Below are positions 7,286 through 15,581 of a DNA stretch of 64,000 nucleotides, in pieces. Numbering within the stretch: position 1 is the stretch's first letter; the number at the start of each line of letters is the position of its first letter. The stretch comes from an uncultured virus (IMG/VR IMGVR_UViG_3300020049_007132) (taxonomy: Duplodnaviria; Heunggongvirae; Uroviricota; Caudoviricetes; Crassvirales), in the IMG/VR virus record IMGVR_UViG_3300020049_007132; one strand, written 5' to 3'. The notes under the pieces were generated by a model. The model had not been told where the DNA came from and did not search any database. It saw only the letters and a program-made list of their open reading frames with translations. A program made the translations under genes and the position numbers.

Positions 7286-7806
7286 CAGCCACACAACCCA
7301 CCACAGTAAGAGATCGCAGATTTGATGGAAGCATAAGAAAGAACGGACTATCAAAGTTGATGCGGGATATATTCGTGCTACCTGAAAAGAAAAAGAATAT
7401 GGAAGAAGAAAAGATAGACTTAGAGAACGGATATGTCAACATAGCCAAGATAATCGAACAGACAGCCTATGAGTTAGGTGTAGAGGTCGAAGGAATCAAG
7501 GGAAGAAGCAGGGCAAGGAAGTTTGTTACAGCACGTTCAATAATCTGTTTTATAGCACGATACACCACCACCTTATCCTTAAAGCAGATAGGCACAGAGA
7601 TTTCGATGTACTCCCCCAAAGATCATTCAAGCGTTATACATGCCACCCAAAAGGCATTTGACTTCATCCATAATCCTGACACAGAATTTATAGTACTCTT
7701 TGAAAGAGTAAGGCAAAGACTTGATGCACATTATAATATAACCTTCGATTTAGAGGACTTAACACACATGCCATCATGGTATAAAAATATGCTCAAGGAC
7801 AAGTAG
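7282..7806 (+). CDS. DnaA C-terminal (domain IV) HTH protein
   Basis: IKGRSRARKFVTARSIICFIARYTTTLSLKQIG...KDHSSVIHA matches DnaA domain IV; no AAA+ domain. Confidence 0.85.
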   Translation: MTATQPTTVRDRRFDGSIRKNGLSKLMRDIFVLPEKKKNMEEEKIDLENGYVNIAKIIEQTAYELGVEVEGIKGRSRARKFVTARSIICFIARYTTTLSLKQIGTEISMYSPKDHSSVIHATQKAFDFIHNPDTEFIVLFERVRQRLDAHYNITFDLEDLTHMPSWYKNMLKDK

Positions 7807-7862
7807 TTTTTACACTGTAAATTACTAATCCATTTTTACGCTGTAAGTAGTTTCTATATCCT

Positions 7863-8075
7863 TTATAGATTGTTATTTTGTAGTAGTTGCTTTCTTTTTT
7901 CTTTTGCTCTATTATAGTTTCTGTCAGGTGGTTGACATATGAAGCATGAGCATGGTTTTCCCTGATCTTTATATCCATGATAATTACTATTAGGGTCTGA
8001 TTCTTTTAATCCAAGATTCTTTAACCTTCGCTGATATTTCAGTTGCCTAAGTTCGTTACGTCTTGCCTTGTTCAT
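7863..8075 (-). CDS. Basic hypothetical protein with CxCxxC motif
   Basis: 70 aa containing GKPCSCFIC. Confidence 0.6.
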   Translation of the reverse strand: MNKARRNELRQLKYQRRLKNLGLKESDPNSNYHGYKDQGKPCSCFICQPPDRNYNRAKEKRKQLLQNNNL

Positions 8076-8137
8076 GGAACAAAATTAAAAGAAAACTTCG
8101 ATGTAAAATTTGTAGTAGTTCATACGGATTTTAAATT

Positions 8138-8368
8138 TCAAAATTCATTTATTCCTCCTTCATATTTCGGAGCGTTTTCAATAGCTAATTTTTCATCCAC
8201 ATAATCCGAAAGTTTTTCTTTTGCTTTCGATAGTAGAATAATGGCATCGGTTAATCTTACATCAGGTGGTAACTTTTCTATTTCCTGCATTGCATTAGTA
8301 ATTGCTAATTCTGCCGGAGTATTTAAGTCAAGCCTGATTCTTCTTGGGATTTCATTTTTAGGATTCAT
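8138..8368 (-). CDS. Hypothetical phage protein
   Basis: 76 aa; flanked by the 13-bp direct repeat TACGGATTTTAAA. Confidence 0.7.
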   Translation of the reverse strand: MNPKNEIPRRIRLDLNTPAELAITNAMQEIEKLPPDVRLTDAIILLSKAKEKLSDYVDEKLAIENAPKYEGGINEF

Positions 8369-8399
8369 TTTGTACGGATTTTAAAGGCTATTATTTACA

Positions 8400-8920
8400 C
8401 TAAGATAGTTTGTTACAGTTAAAATTCCAAAGTATTGCAAGAGGCAGAGGGGGAGAGGAGGTAGGTAAGAAAAAGCAAGTTGCCCCCAGCCCCCATGAGA
8501 ACAACTTGTATTCTCTTACCTAATTCTGCAATCGGCGTCGGTGTCGTATCGGCTGTGGCTGATGGAAGGTAGCAAGTTAAGAAAACCAATCTCCATCATT
8601 TAAAAGAAGCACCCCTCAAGTTTTACCTCTTAACTGATTATTTGGGTTGTACAGCATGCCCATAATCAAAATGGACAATACCTATGTGTTTAACTGTTTA
8701 AAGCGAATTATGGGCATCTACGGCTTGTTTAAAGCCCTTAAAGCACGAAAGCCACAAAGTATCGTGAGTACAATGTGGCTTCGCTATTAGTTGGGTGGAT
8801 TTAGTTTCCGAAACCCAACCTTATCTTAGAATCACATTTGTTTCTCACGAAAACAAAGTAATGGACAATCATATCTAAAAGAACTACCGCAAAGAAAATA
8901 CCTATTTCCAATATGGCAAA
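8400..8920. other. Long non-coding, hairpin-rich region (candidate origin, ncRNA or leader)
   Basis: No ORF of 60 aa or more. Several inverted repeats: TAGGTAAGA/TCTTACCTA, ATGCCCATAAT/ATTATGGGCAT, CGAAAGCCACA/TGTGGCTTCG, GTTGGGT/ACCCAAC. Confidence 0.45.
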
Positions 8921-8922
8921 AT

Positions 8923-9144
8923 TTATTTTTCAAAGTGTTTTTTAAAAAAAGCTGCTACCTGTCCCTCACTTTGTAAAAAATACCTTCCATTACTATCTGT
9001 TATATCAAAACAGACTATTGTTCCATCAAATGATTTGCTTACTTTTCTTCCCTTGTAAAAGTAGGATATTGTTCCGTCCTTATCTCTCATTTCAAAAGGG
9101 TCTATGCTTTCTAACTTATTAAACAATCGCTCTGATTCAGTCAT
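8923..9144 (-). CDS. Hypothetical protein
   Basis: 73-aa ORF in the minus-strand run. Confidence 0.6.
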   Translation of the reverse strand: MTESERLFNKLESIDPFEMRDKDGTISYFYKGRKVSKSFDGTIVCFDITDSNGRYFLQSEGQVAAFFKKHFEK

Positions 9145-9154
9145 TATTCATTTT

Positions 9155-9340
9155 TTAACCTTTGAGTAATTCACTTACTGCTTCTTCTTCGTACTTTGTT
9201 TGAATAATTATTTGAGAATTTTTACTATACTTTTTCTTTTGATAGACAGTCCAACAATCTTGCTGCCAACAAAGCCACTTATCACCCACAGTAATCATCA
9301 AAAAATAATCGTCAGATTTAAGCATTTCAATGATAGTCAT
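9155..9340 (-). CDS. Hypothetical protein
   Basis: 61-aa ORF in the minus-strand run. Confidence 0.6.
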   Translation of the reverse strand: MTIIEMLKSDDYFLMITVGDKWLCWQQDCWTVYQKKKYSKNSQIIIQTKYEEEAVSELLKG

Positions 9341-9345
9341 GATGA

Positions 9346-9639
9346 TTAGTTTTTAGATTTACCAACCCCGCACCAATTAATTATCTTAAACCTTTTACTG
9401 TAACCTACACAACCAAATTGATCTACTGTTCTACACATATAAAGTCCTGGTTCTATCGGTTCAAAAGTAAATTCAACTTCATCTTCAATAGGTACTGTTC
9501 CTTTGTACCATTGGAAGGACACGTATTTCCATTGGTCAACAGTTTCAAGGTCGCATCCGTCATAATGAATAGTTGGGACACATTGAGAGAAAACATTTGT
9601 GCTGATTAAAATGGCAATAATTGTTAGTAGTTTTTTCAT
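9346..9639 (-). CDS. Small secreted Ig/PKD-like protein
   Basis: Signal peptide MKKLLTIIAILISTNVFSQ; beta-sandwich pattern FQWYK...PGLYMCRTVDQFGCVGYS. Confidence 0.6.
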   Translation of the reverse strand: MKKLLTIIAILISTNVFSQCVPTIHYDGCDLETVDQWKYVSFQWYKGTVPIEDEVEFTFEPIEPGLYMCRTVDQFGCVGYSKRFKIINWCGVGKSKN

Positions 9640-9693
9640 GAATTTTGTTTTTGTGAAAGTTAAAGATATATCCCCTCAATAGGTTTTTACAAG

Positions 9694-9906
9694 TTAATCG
9701 TGTTGTTGCTTTTCATGAGTTTCACCGTTTAAAACATATCCCAAGTATTGCTCGGCTTGTGCAGGCAACATTGTAGGAAAGTACCCTGCACTTTTTGCGG
9801 ATAGTGCAGCAGCATTTACCTGTCCTGCAATTCTTAAACATTCTAATCTTGCCTTTTGAAGTTCGGTTAATTCGTCCATGCTATCTTTTGAATTTGTAGT
9901 TTTCAT
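9694..9906 (-). CDS. Hypothetical protein
   Basis: 70 aa with RLECLRIA motif; flanked by a 14-bp direct repeat. Confidence 0.65.
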   Translation of the reverse strand: MKTTNSKDSMDELTELQKARLECLRIAGQVNAAALSAKSAGYFPTMLPAQAEQYLGYVLNGETHEKQQHD

Positions 9907-9916
9907 AAAAAGGTTT

Positions 9917-10318
9917 TTACAAGTGTTGTATTGTTAGTTCTTTTCCTGTGATTAAAAAATGAACATTCTGAAATTGATGCACATACCGAAACGGATGGCA
10001 TTGACAATCTTGTACACCATACAGTCCTTCTGCAAGATTTACAAGGCAATATCCAAACTCTTCATTATCCCAAAAATTGTAACTGCCTATACCATCAGCA
10101 AAACCATCTTTTTCAATCATACTGAAACGTAGCATCCATTCTTCTGTAAGTGGTACAGGATTTAAATGTTCTTGTAAAAATGATTCTCCATAATCAACAA
10201 AGATCAAAGTAAAAATACCATCTAATGTTTTTTGCTGTGTTATACCTGTTACCATTATTGGGGACATGGTTATTGGCTCTACAATATTCCCGATACGCAG
10301 TTCTCGTGCATCAATCAT
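9917..10318 (-). CDS. Conserved Bacteroidota-phage hypothetical protein
   Basis: ELRIGN ... PVPLTEEW ... YVHQFQN...TGKEL signature. Confidence 0.8.
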   Translation of the reverse strand: MIDARELRIGNIVEPITMSPIMVTGITQQKTLDGIFTLIFVDYGESFLQEHLNPVPLTEEWMLRFSMIEKDGFADGIGSYNFWDNEEFGYCLVNLAEGLYGVQDCQCHPFRYVHQFQNVHFLITGKELTIQHL

Positions 10319-10321
10319 AAC

Positions 10322-10533
10322 CTATTTATTTTTAAGTTCATTAATTTCAAGTTGTAGTTCTGCTAATCGTCAAATTCTTTTTGAATATTTTCAAGGAGTT
10401 CTATTGCTTCGCTTGTTTCCCAAAACAACCTGTCACACGTATTTCCATTCCTATCCTTCCATACAACCGTAACTAATATTTCAAGTTCAGGTTGTTCAGC
10501 TAAATCATTGATAGCTTTATCTTTTTCGTTCAT
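10322..10533 (-). pseudogene. Possible frameshifted gene remnant
   Basis: ATG at 10533 in a duplicated start context gives MNEKDKAINDLAEQPELE. Plausible coding continues in other frames (ILVTVVWKDRNGNTCDRLFWETSEAIELLENIQKEF; RLAELQLEINELKNK). Confidence 0.35.
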
Positions 10534-10543
10534 TGCTTGAAAT

Positions 10544-10762
10544 TTACTTCAAAAGATTTTCAATATGTATTAATTTATGATTTTTAACACACTCATCACA
10601 GTAATAAGATATTAAATCATTATCAACGTGTATATTTTCAATTCTATGCCTTACTGGTTTTTTACACTTTTCACATGGCACGTCTCGTTCAAATCCACTC
10701 AAATAATTAGTAAACACTACATCATGTGGAAAGTCATTGATGGGTTTTTCTTTTTTGCTCAT
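10544..10762 (-). CDS. Small Zn-ribbon-like protein
   Basis: CEKC ... CDEC; flanked by an 18-bp direct repeat. Confidence 0.65.
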   Translation of the reverse strand: MSKKEKPINDFPHDVVFTNYLSGFERDVPCEKCKKPVRHRIENIHVDNDLISYYCDECVKNHKLIHIENLLK

Positions 10763-10821
10763 TGCTTGAAATTTACACTGTAAAACTAAAACAACTTACA
10801 CCTAAATACAACGTGAGTGGT

Positions 10822-11091
10822 TTATTGTGGTTGATATTTTTCATTATAGTCTTTTGCATCTGCTTGCATGTGTCGTGGTAGTTTTAACTTCTTGACAGCC
10901 ACCTTACCTACACCGCTAATATATGGCGACATGAAATCATCAGGCAAAACCAAGTATTTGAAATCGTTTGATATGATTGCCTTAACAGGATCATCACTTT
11001 GAAAATATCTGACATTAGCAGTCATGGTATCAGGCAAAAATTTAATATAGTAGCTATATTTTTCACCCATTATGGTTTTATCTATTCTCAT
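10822..11091 (-). CDS. Hypothetical protein
   Basis: 89 aa with its own upstream promoter. Confidence 0.65.
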   Translation of the reverse strand: MRIDKTIMGEKYSYYIKFLPDTMTANVRYFQSDDPVKAIISNDFKYLVLPDDFMSPYISGVGKVAVKKLKLPRHMQADAKDYNEKYQPQ

Positions 11092-11115
11092 GTTTTTTCA
11101 AAATTTTAACACCCA

Positions 11116-11147
11116 CAAATATAACCACTACTTACACGTAAATACAA
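11116..11147 (-). promoter_or_regulatory. Bacteroidota sigma70-type promoter with operator in the spacer
   Basis: Minus strand reads TTG-tatTTACGTGTAAgtagtggt-TATATTTG (21-nt spacer). Confidence 0.65.
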
Positions 11148-11150
11148 TAG

Positions 11151-11507
11151 TTATGAGGGATTGTGTTTTTCAATCGGTTGCCAATGTGAAATATCCTGAC
11201 CAAAAAAATCATCTGTCCCAAAAGATTCCCAATGGTAAGGAACTAAATTATTGCTCTGTTCATCTTGTGCTTTTTCTATTCTCCATCTTTCAACTTTTTC
11301 ATTTCCATATCTTTCATACTCCATTGGCACTTCTCCAATTCTCATTTTTTCACGATATTCCATAGACATTCCCATCACTAACTTCACTACGACACAATTC
11401 ACATTATCCTGATCTGATGAATCATGCCATGTACCTCTTGTATGCCTTGCAAGAACATATTTACCTTTTTGGGGTAATTTGTCTTTTGTGCTAATCCACA
11501 TAATCAA
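11151..11507 (-). CDS. DUF551-like protein
   Basis: WISTKDKLP ... ISHWQPI terminal motifs. Confidence 0.7.
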   Translation of the reverse strand: MIMWISTKDKLPQKGKYVLARHTRGTWHDSSDQDNVNCVVVKLVMGMSMEYREKMRIGEVPMEYERYGNEKVERWRIEKAQDEQSNNLVPYHWESFGTDDFFGQDISHWQPIEKHNPS

Positions 11508-11718
11508 TGGTTTTTAACTTCGTAAATTTAGCTACCTATCAAACACTATTCCAATCCAACCTAATCAATTTGTGTGCGTTTTAGAGGCATTTTTAAAGGT
11601 TTAGATTAGTCTAAAAGTGCCTTTTTATCTATGAAAAGTCATGTTTGGCAAGCCATCCATACGGAAATAGGGTAGAAAGTCGCTGTAATAGCCTAAAAAG
11701 TGGCAAATAAGCCTATTT

Positions 11719-12132
11719 TTAAATCAGGGTTGAACCCACCGAAACACCTATCATCAATTTTGCCACAAAAGAAATCGTTACCGAAATTGCTAAAACAAAG
11801 GGAAGTCCATCATCATCTTTTGGTTGGCTATACCCCGAACTTCTTTGCACAGGTTGTTCCACACGTCCCATCCCTTCAATCTTCCATGCCTTGAGGTCTG
11901 TGTACCATTTGCCATTGTACTCACGACTTTCAGGGTTGTATGAAACAGTTACTTTCTGTCCTTCCCTCAACTGTCCAAGTGCTTCTACACCTGCATTCCA
12001 AGCCGTAAAAGCTACCTTTTTTGGGTATTCACCTTCTGTTTCGATTACGAAGATTTGCTTTTTCCATTCTCCGTTTTTTCCTTGTCCTGATTCTGTGTCA
12101 AGAATTGTAAAAATTGTTCCTGTTAGTGTCAT
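11719..12132 (-). CDS. DUF3127-family OB-fold (SSB-like) protein with hydrophobic C-terminal extension
   Basis: WKKQIFVIETEGEYPKKVAF...SREYNGKWYTDLKAWKIE; DDDGLPF followed by 25 extra hydrophobic residues. Confidence 0.85.
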   Translation of the reverse strand: MTLTGTIFTILDTESGQGKNGEWKKQIFVIETEGEYPKKVAFTAWNAGVEALGQLREGQKVTVSYNPESREYNGKWYTDLKAWKIEGMGRVEQPVQRSSGYSQPKDDDGLPFVLAISVTISFVAKLMIGVSVGSTLI

Positions 12133-12153
12133 GTTGTTGATTGATTTTTATGG

Positions 12154-13677
12154 TTAAAATGGTAGCGGTATTTCTTCTTCTTTTTGCGGTTCGGTTATGT
12201 CACGAAGTGGTGTTTTTACCTGTTGTGGTGCAGATGGTATGTAGCCCCAATCCCTGAAAATATTTTTTTCAATTTCGGTGAATAGCCTAACCTCACCTGT
12301 TGCCCCTTGTTTGTGCTTTGCGAAGTTGACGTAGAAAGCATGATCCTCTGGTTCGTTGTCGGCATTGAACTTTGGAAAATCAGGTATTTTGTCCATGTAG
12401 TAGGCGGGGCGGTAAAGCAGCATTACCGTATCGGCAGCTTCTTCGACTGTTCCTGTGTCACGAAGGTGGTGTAGCTGTGGTCGTTTGTCCGTTTTGGATT
12501 CTGTTTCCACGCTACGATTTAGCTGACAAAGCATGATGATTGGAATGTTTAATTCCTTCGCCACAGCCTTCACTTCACGAGTTACTTCGGATAATTCTTC
12601 ATAGCGGCTCATCTTTTTTCCACCGTCAACCTTCATCAAGTTCAGGTAGTCAATGATCGCAAGTCCAATCTTTTTTTCATTCTGCATCTTCAAAAGTTTT
12701 GAACGCAAAAGTGTTGGTGTCAGACGTGAATCATCATCCACGTAAACAGGGCAATCTTCGATACGTGACGTGCCAAAAACAATCTGCTGAAATTCGTCCT
12801 CTGATATTTTTCCTGTACGAAGTTTTGAGTACTTCACGTTGTTGTCCATACCCAACTCACGAAGCCCAATTTGTGTCTTTGACATTTCCAAACTGAACAG
12901 CACCGTTGGGTAGGGGTGATAATCTTCACCGTCTAAGTTTTTCTCCATGTATTCAGCAGCATTTCGGGCAAGCCAAATGATGAATCCTGTCTTACCCACC
13001 CCAGGTCTTGCGCCAATGATAATCAGGTCTTGTTTCTGCCATCCACCTGTCAAAGAATTTAATAAATCACTACCTGTTGGCGCACCTGTGATAAACTTAT
13101 TTTGCATGGCTTTTTCAATCTGTGCCAATGCCAAACTAACCCTGTGATGAGGCTCTAAATTTCCACCACCTGTAACATTATCCAACCTCAAAAAATCCCT
13201 TGTTGCGTTCTCCAAAAGTTCAAAAACATCGGTTGTTTCCTCGAAGGCATCACGTGTAACTTCTGCTGCAATCCTTATCAGTTCACGAGCAATAAATTTC
13301 TGATGAATTATTCGTGCATGATACTCCACGTTAGCCCCTGATGCAACACGATTTGTAAGTTCCGAAATGTAGTAAGCACCACCAACACTTTCAAGTTTTC
13401 CGTTCTTTCGCAAAGCATCCATAACCGTTAGCTGATCTACGGGATTTCCACGATTGAATAAATCTTTTACAACCTCAAAAACGTCCTTGTGTACTTCGAG
13501 ATAAAACATTTCAGGAGAAAGAATACCCAATGCCAAATGAACGGCATCCCTTTCGAGCATACAAGCCCCTAAAACAGCTTCCTCAATATCTCGTGCCTGT
13601 GGTGGTATCTTTCCGAACATGGATATATCAATCCCATTTGGCAACGGCTTACGAAGTGATTTTTTATTATCAATCAT
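12154..13677 (-). CDS. dnaB: Replicative DNA helicase
   Basis: PPQARDIEEAVLG N-terminus, Walker A GARPGVGKT, FSLEMS, IIDYLNL, QLNR, LRDTGTVEEAAD. Confidence 0.97.
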   Translation of the reverse strand: MIDNKKSLRKPLPNGIDISMFGKIPPQARDIEEAVLGACMLERDAVHLALGILSPEMFYLEVHKDVFEVVKDLFNRGNPVDQLTVMDALRKNGKLESVGGAYYISELTNRVASGANVEYHARIIHQKFIARELIRIAAEVTRDAFEETTDVFELLENATRDFLRLDNVTGGGNLEPHHRVSLALAQIEKAMQNKFITGAPTGSDLLNSLTGGWQKQDLIIIGARPGVGKTGFIIWLARNAAEYMEKNLDGEDYHPYPTVLFSLEMSKTQIGLRELGMDNNVKYSKLRTGKISEDEFQQIVFGTSRIEDCPVYVDDDSRLTPTLLRSKLLKMQNEKKIGLAIIDYLNLMKVDGGKKMSRYEELSEVTREVKAVAKELNIPIIMLCQLNRSVETESKTDKRPQLHHLRDTGTVEEAADTVMLLYRPAYYMDKIPDFPKFNADNEPEDHAFYVNFAKHKQGATGEVRLFTEIEKNIFRDWGYIPSAPQQVKTPLRDITEPQKEEEIPLPF

Positions 13678-14402
13678 GGGTCTAAATCTACTTTTCGTTT
13701 AGGTGATAATCCTAATTTTTTAATCTCTTTTTTCTCACGTTCAAGCCATGAAGGAATCCAATAAATGAAATTTCGTCTGAAATCCTTTTCGCTTTTCCAC
13801 TCTTTCGATTCTTTGGTGTTTAACTTGGTGGTGGTGAATAATTCTAATCCTTCTTTAAGTTTTGATTCATCAACCCTGTTGGTTATACATGCCGATTCGA
13901 TAGTTTGCTGATCTGATAAAAAATCCTGTTTGAAAAATTCAACCCTTTCTTTTTCGGAGTGTCCGTTTTTTGAAAAATTTTCCGCACCTCTTTTTATAAT
14001 TTCAATATCATATTCACCTTCACCTTCAAGCGGATGTAGCATGTTTGTATCATCTTTGTAACGAGTTTGTACAGCTTTTGTACGAATAACACTTATATGC
14101 TTTTCCTTAAGCATTCTCCTATTCTTAAACTCATAAATACCTTCTAACTTATTGATTTCCCCAACATTAGAAGATATTAACTCATCTAAAACTTCCGCTA
14201 CTTCTGCTTCATTTAGCCGCCATAAATTTTGTAGGGCTTTTGTAGAGGCTTTGTAGATTCCGCTTTTTTCATTTTTAAACATTTTGAATATAATCTTGAG
14301 CCAAGCACCCTCCGCTTTGAGGCTTAAAGAGTTGGTGTCTTGTTCCCAATCGCCAATATAAAGAGGTATGTATGGCTGTTTACCCATGTCGTTTTCTTCC
14401 AT
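13674..14402 (-). CDS. Putative replication initiator (YdaU/DUF1376-like N-terminus)
   Basis: PYIPLYIGDW...GAWLKII wHTH-type N-terminus; directly upstream of and coupled to dnaB. Confidence 0.7.
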   Translation of the reverse strand: MEENDMGKQPYIPLYIGDWEQDTNSLSLKAEGAWLKIIFKMFKNEKSGIYKASTKALQNLWRLNEAEVAEVLDELISSNVGEINKLEGIYEFKNRRMLKEKHISVIRTKAVQTRYKDDTNMLHPLEGEGEYDIEIIKRGAENFSKNGHSEKERVEFFKQDFLSDQQTIESACITNRVDESKLKEGLELFTTTKLNTKESKEWKSEKDFRRNFIYWIPSWLEREKKEIKKLGLSPKRKVDLDP

Positions 14403-14413
14403 TTGAGTGCATA

Positions 14414-14845
14414 TTATTTAGGACATTTAATACTTTTTAAAAACGATATAATCATTTCGATTGCATCTAAACTTTGAAATCCATTTAGCACATTTATTGT
14501 TTTATTTTCAACGCCAAGAAATATAAAGCGGCATTCTCCAAAATTTAATATAAAAAACATTCTGTCAGCTTGCCCTCTAATTTTTAATGCTGATATGGGA
14601 TGATAAATACTTCTGTCTGTATTTTCAATAACAAAATGACAATCAGAACAATAAGTAACAAGATTTTTAAGAGGTTCGTCATGAGGAAATGCCGTTGTAT
14701 ATTTAAAATGATGGACGTGAAGCATGGTTTCTGTATCACCACATAATTTGCATTTGAACTTATCCCTTTTTAATACCTCTAACCGCTTCTTTTGCCATTT
14801 AGGGTGGGCAAGTTTCTTCTGATAAGGAGTTGTTTCTTTATCCAT
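14414..14845 (-). CDS. HNH-like endonuclease
   Basis: WQKKRLEVLKRDKFKCKLC...LHVHH...LVTYCSDCH. Confidence 0.8.
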   Translation of the reverse strand: MDKETTPYQKKLAHPKWQKKRLEVLKRDKFKCKLCGDTETMLHVHHFKYTTAFPHDEPLKNLVTYCSDCHFVIENTDRSIYHPISALKIRGQADRMFFILNFGECRFIFLGVENKTINVLNGFQSLDAIEMIISFLKSIKCPK

Positions 14846-14854
14846 AATAAAATT

Positions 14855-14991
14855 AAAAAATCCTCGAACTACACGTTGGCAATTAAATCCTACTCGTTAG
14901 AGAGGGTGTAATGGCGTGTAGTCGAGGACGTATTTTTAAAGAGGTGAAATCGGATTATCATAAGTAAGAATTAATTGCCGACACAAATAAA
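14855..14991 (-). promoter_or_regulatory. Attenuator-like leader of the replication operon
   Basis: Hairpin arms 14861-14875 and 14915-14928 followed by U6; alternative pairing GGCAATTAA (14878-14886) with 14971-14979; 23-aa uORF at 14890-14961. Confidence 0.5.
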
Positions 14992-15035
14992 CAGAATAAT
15001 ATTTTAAATTCAAAGATAATCTTCAAAAAAAAATA

Positions 15036-15081
15036 ATTTACGTGTAAAAGTTGTAATTGCTGAAATTTACGTGTAAATTTG
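15036..15081 (+). promoter_or_regulatory. Promoter with two TTTACGTGTAAA operators
   Basis: tTTACGTGTAAAagTTGtaattgctgaaaTTTACGTG-TAAATTTG; the second palindrome overlaps the -7 box. Confidence 0.7.
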
Positions 15082-15104
15082 TGGGAGATAATAAATTTTT
15101 AGAA

Positions 15105-15539
15105 ATGGTTAATTTAGATTTTGAAGGCGAAGTAGAAGATATTCAAAAGAAGGGTTTTTACTTTAGACCGAAGATGCACATTTGTAAGCACTACTTAATT
15201 GAGGCAATAGTGAAAACGCCTGATAGTAATTGCTTGGTTATAATTTACGAAATTGGAATACCGCAAAGAATCGGAGGCGTTGAATTACAAATTAGCAATG
15301 GTGAACAAATTGCTACACATGAAACACAATATTTCTGCGAAATAGATTTATGGGGCAAATACTACTTTCCAAGATTTGCAGCCGACCAATACCAATGGTA
15401 TTACAATGAAAGCTATGGAGATAATAAGAAATGGAATCAAGACCATAACGGAAATATGGATGAAATACTTGCAATGGCAGAAGTGATGAAATATGCAATG
15501 GAGTTAGGGCTTAAAATTGGAAACATTACTTTGTATTAA
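15105..15539 (+). CDS. Hypothetical protein
   Basis: The ORF track starts at TTG 15057 inside the promoter; ATG 15105 (MVNLDFEG) is more plausible. Confidence 0.7.
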   Translation: MVNLDFEGEVEDIQKKGFYFRPKMHICKHYLIEAIVKTPDSNCLVIIYEIGIPQRIGGVELQISNGEQIATHETQYFCEIDLWGKYYFPRFAADQYQWYYNESYGDNKKWNQDHNGNMDEILAMAEVMKYAMELGLKIGNITLY

Positions 15540-15581
15540 AATTAGCAATTTGTAAAATTTACGTGTAAGTTTGTTGCGTGA

